NCBI GenBank assembly: GCA_051746405.1
Contig: JBNJFB010000024.1
Location: 1 to 30,026, forward strand
DNA: 30,026 bases
Reading direction: 5' to 3'
From: Campylobacterota bacterium
Lineage (GTDB): Bacteria > Campylobacterota > Campylobacteria > Campylobacterales > Arcobacteraceae
Shown here piece after piece: positions 16,534 to 25,800 of the stretch. Positions within the stretch are counted from its first letter, which is position 1; the number at the start of each line of letters is the position of its first letter. Made by a program: the position numbers and the translations under genes. A model generated the notes under the pieces. It was not told the DNA's origin, did no database searches, and saw only the letters and a program-made list of their open reading frames with translations.

Positions 16534-19500
16534 ATGATAGAAGAAATAAAAAATATAATTGATAAAAGAGTATTAGTAATTGATGGAGCTATGGGAACAC
16601 AGCTTCAACTTGCAAATATAAAAGATGAGTATTGGGAGTATGAGGGTGTAAATTTAGAGGGATGTAATGAGCTTTTAAACTTAACAGCACCACATATATT
16701 AGAAGATATTCATGATGCATATGCACAATCAGGGGCTGATTTAATTAGTACAAATACATTTGGTTCTATGTCATGGGTTTTAGATGAGTATCAAATATCA
16801 CAAACATCATATGAATTATCATATCTTGGAGCACAGCTTGTAAAAAAATCTTGTGAGAAATACAGCACACCCCAAAAACCAAGATTTGTATTGGGCTCAA
16901 TAGGACCTGGAACAAAGCTTCCATCTCTTGGTCATATTACCTATGATGAGATGTATGAGGGTTATAAAGTCATGGCACAAGGACTTGTTGATGGTGGGAC
17001 TGATATATTTCTACTTGAAACTTGTCAAGACCCATTACAAATTAAAGCAGGGCTACATGCTTTAAAAGATGTGGCACCACATATTCCTATAATGGTATCT
17101 GTTACAATTGAGCTTAGTGGTACTATGCTTATAGGAACAGATGCTATGACAATTGCTGCAATTTTAGAGCCTTTTAATATCTTATCACTTGGGTTTAATT
17201 GTGGTACAGGTCCAAAGCAGGTAAATAAACATGTAAAAACATTAAGTGAAGTTTGTAAATTTCCTATATCAGTTCATGCAAATGCAGGATTACCACAAAA
17301 TAAGGGTGGTCAAACATACTATCCAATGCAGCCAAAAGAGTTTACAAATCTTTCAAAAGAGTTTTTAGAGTTTAATGGTGTTTCCTTTTTAGGTGGTTGT
17401 TGTGGAACAACACCTGAACATATAAAAGCTTTAGTTGAAAGCATAAAAGATATAACCCCTAAAAAGCCAAGTGGGTTTCTAAAAGCATCTTTGGCAAGTC
17501 TGTTTAATACAGTTCCACTAAAGCAAGAACCAGCACCACTTTTAATAGGTGAGCGAAGTAATGCAACAGGTTCTAAGGCATTTAGAGATTTACTAAAGGA
17601 TAATGACTATGAGGGGACTTTATCAGTTGGACAACAACAAGTAAGAGCAGGTGCCCATGTGATTGATGTATCAGTTGGTTTTGCAGGACGTGATGAGAGA
17701 AAGGATATGGATAAAGTAGTCTCCCTTTATGCACAAAAAGTTGCCCTTCCTTTAATGCCTGATTCAACACAACTTCCAGCACTAGAAGCAGCACTTAAGC
17801 AAATTGGTGGAAGACCCATAATTAACTCAGTTAATCTTGAAGATGGTGAAGAGAAGTTTGATGAGGTTTGTCGTCTTGCCAAAAAATATGGAGCTGCACT
17901 TGTTTGTTTAGTAATAGATGAAGTTGGAATGGCTAAAACCTATGAAAGAAAAGTTGAAGTAGCCCAAAGAATTTATGATTTATGTGTAAATAGACACGGG
18001 TTTAAACCCGATGATTTAGTCTTTGATATGCTTACATTTACAATTGGTTCAGGTGACGATGAGTATAGAACAGCAGGTGTTGAAACACTTGATGCTATTA
18101 AGCAGTTTCAAAAAATACATCCAGAAGTTGGTACTACTTTAGGACTTTCTAATATATCTTTTGGACTTGATAAAAAAGCAAGAATTTATCTAAACTCCAT
18201 TTATTTAGACCATTGTGTAAAAGCAGGGTTAACCTCTGCTATTGTAAATGTTAAGCACATTTTACCTTTAAATAAAATAAGTGATGAAGATAGAAAAGCT
18301 TGTGATGATTTAATTTTTAACAATCATGAAAATGGTGACCCACTATTTAAGTTTATTGACCATTTTTCAAACTTAGAAGAGAGTGAAGATGAGTCAGATG
18401 AACACTTTCAAAGTTTACAGCCCGTTGAAAAGGTAAAAAAGCTTCTACTTGATGGTGATAAGGAGAGAATGCTTCCTTTGGTTGAAGAGCTAAGACATGA
18501 AGTTAGTCCAGAAGTTATTGTAAATGAGTGGTTAATTGATGGTATGAAAATAATTGGAGAGTTATTTGGTAGTGGTCAAATGCAGTTACCATTTGTACTT
18601 CAAAGTGCTGAGACAATGAAAGCAACTGTTGATGCACTAAATGAGTATCTTCCAAAAAAAGACAAAGCAACAGAGACGGTATTAGTTTTAGGTACAGTAA
18701 AAGGTGATGTTCATGATGTGGGTAAAAACTTAGTTGATATTATACTTTCAAATAATGGCTTTAAGGTAATAAATATAGGGATTAAAGCTGACTTAAATGA
18801 TTTTATAATTGCAGTAAAAAAACATAAAGCCCAAGCTATTGGTATGAGTGGACTACTTGTAAAATCCACAGCTGTTATGAAAGAGAACCTTGAAGAGCTT
18901 CAAAAACAAGGAATTGATATACCTGTACTTTTAGGTGGTGCTGCACTTACTAAAGGGTTTGTAAATGACTATTGTAGGTCCATATATGATGGTCCAATTT
19001 TTTATTGTAGAGATGCTTTTGATGGAGTTGTTTCTATGCAAAGAATTGAAAAGGGTGATGAACAAAATACAGCTTTAGCGGCTGATTTAGTTCAAGCTGT
19101 GGATACAAGTCATTTAGTTGAAGAAAAACAAGTAGAGATACCACCATATGAAAAACTAGATTTACCCCAGCCAACTGAGTTTACATTTCCACCAATTTGG
19201 GATAGGGTAACTTTAACAAGTGAAAAAATTGATAAAGATTTAGTATTTAAATGGGTTAATCACAGAGTTTTATTTAGACAAAGATGGGGATATAAAAGGG
19301 GTAAACAAAGTAGTGAAAAGTTCTTAAAGTATGAAGAGGATGTTGTAAAACCACAATATGAGAAGTTAAAAGAGGAGTTAATACAAAAAGATGTATTTCA
19401 ACCTTTAGCCATTTATGAGTACTACCCTTGTATCTCTTATGATAACAAACTCTATATTTTTGATAAAACTTATCTGTTTAATTCACTTGAAGAAGCCAAA

Positions 19501-20010
19501 GAAACTCCTTCTTTAGATAAAGCTATAAAAGTTTTAGAATTCCCTAGACAACAAAGAAAACCTTATAGATGTATAGCTGACTTTTTTGCAAATGATAGGT
19601 TAGATGTTGTGGCATTTACATTAGCAAGTGCAGGACTTAAGATAACTGACTATGAAAGAAGCTTATATGAAGAAGGTAAGTTCACAGAGTACTATCAAGT
19701 TCATGGTTTAGGGGTTGAATTAGCAGAAGCTTTAGCAGAGGTAATTCATAAACAAATTAGACTAGATTTAGATATTGTTCCAAAAGAGGGTAACACTTTA
19801 GGTGATGTACAGATGAAACAGTATGTTGGTTGTAGGTACTCACCTGGTTATGCAGCTTGTCCTGAGCTTAGCCAAAATAAAGATATTTTTGATTTATTAC
19901 AGCCCCAAAAACATGGCATAGAGCTTAGTGAGACTTATCAAATGCATCCTGAACAAACAACTTGTGCTATAGTTGTACCACATCATAAAGCAAACTATTT
20001 TAATATATAA
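16534..20010 (+). CDS. metH: Cobalamin-dependent methionine synthase
   Basis: DGAMGT, GFNC and GGCCGT (Zn/homocysteine domain), IGERSNATGSK (pterin domain), GDVHDVGKNLV (B12 binding), RYSPGYAACP (activation domain). Confidence 0.98.
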   Translation: MIEEIKNIIDKRVLVIDGAMGTQLQLANIKDEYWEYEGVNLEGCNELLNLTAPHILEDIHDAYAQSGADLISTNTFGSMSWVLDEYQISQTSYELSYLGAQLVKKSCEKYSTPQKPRFVLGSIGPGTKLPSLGHITYDEMYEGYKVMAQGLVDGGTDIFLLETCQDPLQIKAGLHALKDVAPHIPIMVSVTIELSGTMLIGTDAMTIAAILEPFNILSLGFNCGTGPKQVNKHVKTLSEVCKFPISVHANAGLPQNKGGQTYYPMQPKEFTNLSKEFLEFNGVSFLGGCCGTTPEHIKALVESIKDITPKKPSGFLKASLASLFNTVPLKQEPAPLLIGERSNATGSKAFRDLLKDNDYEGTLSVGQQQVRAGAHVIDVSVGFAGRDERKDMDKVVSLYAQKVALPLMPDSTQLPALEAALKQIGGRPIINSVNLEDGEEKFDEVCRLAKKYGAALVCLVIDEVGMAKTYERKVEVAQRIYDLCVNRHGFKPDDLVFDMLTFTIGSGDDEYRTAGVETLDAIKQFQKIHPEVGTTLGLSNISFGLDKKARIYLNSIYLDHCVKAGLTSAIVNVKHILPLNKISDEDRKACDDLIFNNHENGDPLFKFIDHFSNLEESEDESDEHFQSLQPVEKVKKLLLDGDKERMLPLVEELRHEVSPEVIVNEWLIDGMKIIGELFGSGQMQLPFVLQSAETMKATVDALNEYLPKKDKATETVLVLGTVKGDVHDVGKNLVDIILSNNGFKVINIGIKADLNDFIIAVKKHKAQAIGMSGLLVKSTAVMKENLEELQKQGIDIPVLLGGAALTKGFVNDYCRSIYDGPIFYCRDAFDGVVSMQRIEKGDEQNTALAADLVQAVDTSHLVEEKQVEIPPYEKLDLPQPTEFTFPPIWDRVTLTSEKIDKDLVFKWVNHRVLFRQRWGYKRGKQSSEKFLKYEEDVVKPQYEKLKEELIQKDVFQPLAIYEYYPCISYDNKLYIFDKTYLFNSLEEAKETPSLDKAIKVLEFPRQQRKPYRCIADFFANDRLDVVAFTLASAGLKITDYERSLYEEGKFTEYYQVHGLGVELAEALAEVIHKQIRLDLDIVPKEGNTLGDVQMKQYVGCRYSPGYAACPELSQNKDIFDLLQPQKHGIELSETYQMHPEQTTCAIVVPHHKANYFNI

Positions 20011-20033
20011 ATAGACTCTTTTGAGTCTATTTA
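20008..20033 (+). terminator. Terminator after metH
   Basis: TAAATAGACTC-TTTT-GAGTCTATTTA perfect 11-bp stem; separates metH from the secretion operon. Confidence 0.8.
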
Positions 20034-20109
20034 AACTTAACTCAAATACCATCTTTTAAGCTTATATAGGGCAAAATAAGTAATATAATAGATTTTTTTA
20101 AGGTATATA

Positions 20110-22080
20110 ATGAAGGTTGAAAAAGTAGTTAGGTTTTATATAAGTTTTTTTATACTATCAATAATATTAGCAGGTTGTTCAATCTCACCTGAGCCTCTTT
20201 TACCAAAGGAGATTGAAAAAGCTGTAAAAAAAGATTTGCAAACTATAAATGACAACTCTCCTAGAATAAATAAGCCAATTACTTTAGACCAAGCTATGAA
20301 GATGGCCATAGAAAATAACCTAAATAGTAAAGTTAAAATTATGGAGTCTGCATTGATGCAAAAAGAGATAAAATCAATGTATTATGAAATGCTACCATCT
20401 TTAATGGCAAAAGCAGGTTACTCAAGTAGAGATAAATATGCAGCAAGTGCAAGTACATCATTTACAGATGGTGTACCTGATGCATTGGGTGATGATCCTA
20501 ACTACTCCATATCAGCAAATAAGAATAAGATGGATGCAGATGTGACCTTTAATTGGAATATACTGGACTTTGGTTTATCTTATGTAAGAGCCCAACAAAA
20601 ATCAAACAGATACTTAATGGCAAAAGAAAAAGAGAGAAAAGCAATACAAAATATAATACAAGAGGTTAGAAAAACTTACTATGAAGTGGTTTTAGCAGAT
20701 GCATTATTAAAAAGAATAAAACCTATGAAAAAAGAGGTACAAGAGGCTTTAGCAGATTTAAATAAAGCAAAAGAGCTAAGAGTAGGCTCTCCTATGAAAT
20801 CCCTATCTTACAAAAGGGAACTTCTAGAAGTATTAAGGTCACTTCAAGCATTACAAAAAAACTTAGTTGGTGCAAAAGTAAAACTAAGTGAACTGATGGG
20901 ATTAAAGCCTGGAATTGATTATGAACTACACTCTAAAATAAAAAAAGATTATGAGCTTCCAAACTTAAATTTGAGATTAGATGAGATGGAAAAAATAGCT
21001 TTAAGAAACAGACCTGAAATATTAGAGAGTAGATATAAGCAAAGAATTACAAACAAAGAAACTACAGTGGCAATATTAAGAATGCTACCTGGAATAAATC
21101 TTTCAAGTGATATCTCTTATAGCAATAGTGACTATTTGTTAAATAATAACTGGAGTACTTTTGGGACAAAAATATCTTGGAATTTATTAAATATATTTAA
21201 ATTAGGTGATTATCAAGATGTGGCAAAAGCTAAGCAAGAGTTAGCAAAAAAAGAGAAACTAGCTATCTCTATGGCTGTATTGTCACAAGTTCATCTATCA
21301 ACAGTTAGGTTTTATCAAGCAAAAAAAGAGTACGAACTATCAAAAAGATATCTAAATGTAGCTCAAGAGATTTTTGATTTAACTGAAGTTGGAAATAGTT
21401 TAAATATGAATAGTAGATTAGTGTTTATAAAAGAGAAGCTAAACTATATGCTAGCTACATTAAGACACTCATATGCATATGCAAATCTTCAAAATAGTTA
21501 TGGGCGTATTTTTGCATCACTTGGGGTTCAAGAACAAATAAATACAAAAAATAGTGAAGATATAGTAAAAGAGGGTAAGAAGATACAAAAAGAGTTAAAA
21601 GATCAATTATATAAAAAGAAAAAACCAAAAAAATCAAAAAAACCAATAAAAAAATATAAAGTAGCATATGCCAATGAGAATCTTTTTATAAGAGAAAATC
21701 CAAGTGAGTCTTCAGCATATAAGTTTGTTTTACAAAAAGGTTTTAAACTAAAAGTCTTAGAAGAGATTGAGAATAAAGAGGGTGAGTGGATTAAAACTCC
21801 ATATGGTTTTATAAATAGCCAAAAAGTTAGTATAAAGTTTGATAATTTAAATATAGAGTATTTAGAAGATTATACTAAAGAGGATATAATGTTTATAGGT
21901 AAAACAACTAAACCTGCTAATATTAGATTAAAACCTAGTTGGAATGCTAAAAAAAGAGTGATTATCTCACAAAATAGAGATATCAAAGTATTAGAAGTTG
22001 TTTCTAATAAAGATAGCATTTGGTATAAAACACCCTATGGATATATTAGTAATATAGTTGTTACAAAGGAAGTCCAATGA
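20110..22080 (+). CDS. TolC-family outer membrane channel lipoprotein with two C-terminal SH3b-like domains
   Basis: Lipobox LAG-C; OEP hallmarks (ITLDQAMKMAIENN, MLPSL, WNILDFG, EVRKTYY, LSELMGL, ALRNRPE, MLPGI, WNLL); Lys-rich linker; two ~55-aa repeats of the form (N/F)IR..PS...KVLE...W.KTPYG(F/Y)I. Confidence 0.9.
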   Translation: MKVEKVVRFYISFFILSIILAGCSISPEPLLPKEIEKAVKKDLQTINDNSPRINKPITLDQAMKMAIENNLNSKVKIMESALMQKEIKSMYYEMLPSLMAKAGYSSRDKYAASASTSFTDGVPDALGDDPNYSISANKNKMDADVTFNWNILDFGLSYVRAQQKSNRYLMAKEKERKAIQNIIQEVRKTYYEVVLADALLKRIKPMKKEVQEALADLNKAKELRVGSPMKSLSYKRELLEVLRSLQALQKNLVGAKVKLSELMGLKPGIDYELHSKIKKDYELPNLNLRLDEMEKIALRNRPEILESRYKQRITNKETTVAILRMLPGINLSSDISYSNSDYLLNNNWSTFGTKISWNLLNIFKLGDYQDVAKAKQELAKKEKLAISMAVLSQVHLSTVRFYQAKKEYELSKRYLNVAQEIFDLTEVGNSLNMNSRLVFIKEKLNYMLATLRHSYAYANLQNSYGRIFASLGVQEQINTKNSEDIVKEGKKIQKELKDQLYKKKKPKKSKKPIKKYKVAYANENLFIRENPSESSAYKFVLQKGFKLKVLEEIENKEGEWIKTPYGFINSQKVSIKFDNLNIEYLEDYTKEDIMFIGKTTKPANIRLKPSWNAKKRVIISQNRDIKVLEVVSNKDSIWYKTPYGYISNIVVTKEVQ

Positions 22081-22802
22081 TAAAAACCATCTTACTTTTC
22101 GTTTTTTTTATATCCACAATGTCAGCTGAACCTGCAACATCGAGGGCAGTGATAATATCTTATGATGAGACTATATTATCAAGTCAACTCGCAGGAAGTA
22201 TAAAATACTTAAAAAAAATAGAGGGTGATTATTTTAAGAAAGATGAACTGCTTATAAAACTTGATTGTGAAATATATGAAGCAAAGAAAAAGAAAGCTGC
22301 CATTGAGAAAAATATTGCATATTTAAAATATAAAAAGAATAAAAAACTAGAGAGTTTTAAATCTATAGGAAAGTTTGAAGTTGATATATCTAAAGAGGAG
22401 TTTAGAAGGCAAAGTGCTCAGCATGATATAGCTTCATTAAATGTAAAAAGATGTAGTATTCACGCACCTTATAATGGAAGAGTTATTGAGAGAAAAGTTA
22501 GTCAATATCAAAATGTAAAACCAAATGAAGAGATACTAAAAATTGTAAGAACTGATAATTTAGAAGCTAAGACTTTTGTTCCATCAACATGGCTTACATG
22601 GTTAAAAAAAGGTGATAGTGTTGATTTGAATGTGGATGAGACACAAACCTCATTAAAAGCTGTTATAAAAGAGTTAGGACCTGTTGTAGACCCTGTTAGT
22701 CAAACTATTTTAGTAAGAGTTGCTTTAAAAAAGCCATATAAAAGAATTATTCCAGGAATGAGTGCTACTGTAGTATTTAAAAAAGAGTCAAAAGAGAACT
22801 AA
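22077..22802 (+). CDS. Periplasmic adaptor (membrane fusion protein), short secreted type
   Basis: Signal peptide, lipoyl half-motifs (LSSQLAGSI...EGDYFKKDELLIKLDC; CSIHAPYNGRV), VDPVSQT, PGMS; ATGA overlap with the tolC stop. Confidence 0.9.
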   Translation: MIKTILLFVFFISTMSAEPATSRAVIISYDETILSSQLAGSIKYLKKIEGDYFKKDELLIKLDCEIYEAKKKKAAIEKNIAYLKYKKNKKLESFKSIGKFEVDISKEEFRRQSAQHDIASLNVKRCSIHAPYNGRVIERKVSQYQNVKPNEEILKIVRTDNLEAKTFVPSTWLTWLKKGDSVDLNVDETQTSLKAVIKELGPVVDPVSQTILVRVALKKPYKRIIPGMSATVVFKKESKEN

Positions 22803-22812
22803 AGGTTTTATT

Positions 22813-25800
22813 ATGAAAAATCCACTTATTAGTGCTTTGGAGCCAAGGCTATTATTTGATGGTGCAGCTGTTGCAACTGCTGTTGAAGTTTTAGATGAAA
22901 ATAGTTTTGAACAAAATCAAGAGCAAGAGAGCAAAGAAGAACCAACTTTAGATAAAAATAGTAACTCAAATGAGAATAAAGTAGTTTTTGTAGACTCCAA
23001 TTTAAAAGATTTGGATACTATTGTAAATGATTTGCAAGAATCAAATATGGAAGTTAAGCTAATAGATGATAAGCAAGATTCAATAAAACAGATAATTAAT
23101 AGTTTAGATAGTAATAAACTATATGATGAAATACATATACTCTCCCATGGCAGTAAGGGTGAAGTTACACTAGGAAATACAGTATTAAACAGTAGTAATA
23201 TTGATGAGTTTAAAGAGGATTTAAATCAATTATCAACAAAGCTAAATAGTGGTGCTGATATTTTACTTTATGGATGTGAAATTGCAAAAGATGAAGCCTC
23301 TAAAGAGTTTGTAGATAAACTAGCAGCTTTTACAAAAGCAGATATTGCAACTTCAGATGATTTAACTGGAAGTGATGCTTTAAATGCCAATTGGGATTTA
23401 GAGTACAGTACAGGTGAAATTCAAGCAGAAACAATAGTAATTGAAAACTATGATGAGGTTCTATCAAATGCACCTGATTTGAGTACTTCAAAACTAATTA
23501 ATGACATATCGCCAGATAGCCTTTCTGATCCAGGTGCATATAATCTTTTTGATGATGATATAAATACAAACTTCCAGACTAGTAAAGGTGGTGCTTTTAC
23601 TTTTTCAGTAAGTAATAGCTATATTGCAATTGATACAATAACTTTTACAACAACTACTTTTCTTAACTCTACAAGTAATGACTTATATAAGTTTGCTTTG
23701 TATGGTTCAAAAGATGGGTTAACATATGATAATTTAATATACGAAAACAACTCTTTAAATCCACCAGCTAGTAGGGGTGCAGACTACCCTGTAGAAAATA
23801 TTAATAATTCAGAGCCTTATGGGTATTATAAAATTAGATTTAAAAATGCAGTAGATTTATTTGAAGATATACAATTATCAGGAATGAAAATTACAGGAGA
23901 AGAGTTTACTTTTAAATCATATACAGAAAATGAAAGTGAAATTCAAATTCTTGATGATGCTAATATAAGTGATACTGATAGCTCAGATTTACAAGGTGCA
24001 ACTATATCCATTTCAGAAGGGTTTAATGCAGGAGATATATTGGCTTTCAATAATAATGATAACTCTTTATATGGTAGTATAACACCAAGCTATGACTCTT
24101 CAACAGGTGAATTGAATTTGAGTGGAAATGCAACTTTACAACAGTATGAAAATGCTTTAAAAGCTGTAACTTATCATTCAACAAGCGATTCCCCTACTAT
24201 TAATAGTGCAAATAGAACATTTTCTTGGCAAGTAAATGATGGCACAAACGATAGTAATGTAACTAAAAGTTATCTTTCTATAACTGCAGTAAATGATGTC
24301 CCACAATTAATAGTAAATGATGGGACAGGTAATATACAAGAAGATGGAGTGTTAAGTGATAGTGGAAGCTTAACCTTGGTTGATGTGGATGAAGTGGATA
24401 CAACAAGTACAACAAGTAGTGTAAAATCAATAACAGGTGTACAAAGTGATGGTATAACAGCTCTTAATTTAACAACAGCACAAGAGAGTGCATTAGATAA
24501 ACTTAGCTTAACAGCAGGGAATAGTAGTAATGAGACAATACAGTGGGATTATACAGTTAGCCAAAGTGATATAGAGTTTATAGGTGAGGGTGAGAGAGTA
24601 ACCGTAGTATATACAATAACATCAGAAGATAATAATGGTGCAAGTGTAAGTAAAGATATAGAAATAGAGATATTAGGGTCAAATAATGAACCAACTCTAA
24701 CAGTAAATAATGTAAATGGAAATATAGAAGAGGGAAGTGGTAATTTAAATAGAAGTGGAAGTATAGATTATGAGGATAAGGATTCTACAGATATAGTAAC
24801 CGCAAGCTTGAATAGTATAGATGTAAAAGCATATAGAGAAGATGGAAGCTTGTATACCTTAACTACACAACAAGATAATGAGTTAAAAAATGCATTTAGC
24901 CTAGTGGATACAGGTGGGAGTAATAAAGGTAGCATCCAATGGGAATATAATATTACAGAAGATAAGATAGATTTTTTGGCAAAAGATGAAAGCGTAATAT
25001 TAAGATATGAGATAGATATACAAGATAGTAATGGTGGAGATAAGAAAGAGGAAGTAGAAGTAGAGATAACAGGGACAAACGATACACCAAATTTAATAGT
25101 AAATGATGGGACAGGTAATATACAAGAAGATGGAGTGTTAAGTGATAGTGGAAGCTTAACCTTGGTTGATGTGGATGAAGTGGATACAACAAGTACAACA
25201 AGTAGTGTAAAATCAATAACAGGTGTACAAAGTGATGGTATAACAGCTCTTAATTTAACAACAGCACAAGAGAGTGCATTAGATAAACTTAGCTTAACAG
25301 CAGGGAATAGTAGTAATGAGACAATACAGTGGGATTATACAGTTAGCCAAAGTGATATAGAGTTTATAGGTGAGGGTGAGAGAGTAACCGTAGTATATAC
25401 AATAACATCAGAAGATAATAATGGTGCAAGTGTAAGTAAAGATATAGAAATAGAGATATTAGGGTCAAATAATGAACCAACTCTAACAGTAAATAATGTA
25501 AATGGAAATATAGAAGAGGGAAGTGGTAATTTAAATAGAAGTGGAAGTATAGATTATGAGGATAAGGATTCTACAGATATAGTAACCGCAAGCTTGAATA
25601 GTATAGATGTAAAAGCATATAGAGAAGATGGAAGCTTGTATACCTTAACTACACAACAAGATAATGAGTTAAAAAATGCATTTAGCCTAGTGGATACAGG
25701 TGGGAGTAATAAAGGTAGCATCCAATGGGAATATAATATTACAGAAGATAAGATAGATTTTTTGGCAAAAGATGAAAGCGTAATATTAAGATATGAGATA

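Noticed and set aside
17582..17794. Minus-strand 70-aa ORF
   Set aside because: Antisense shadow inside metH.
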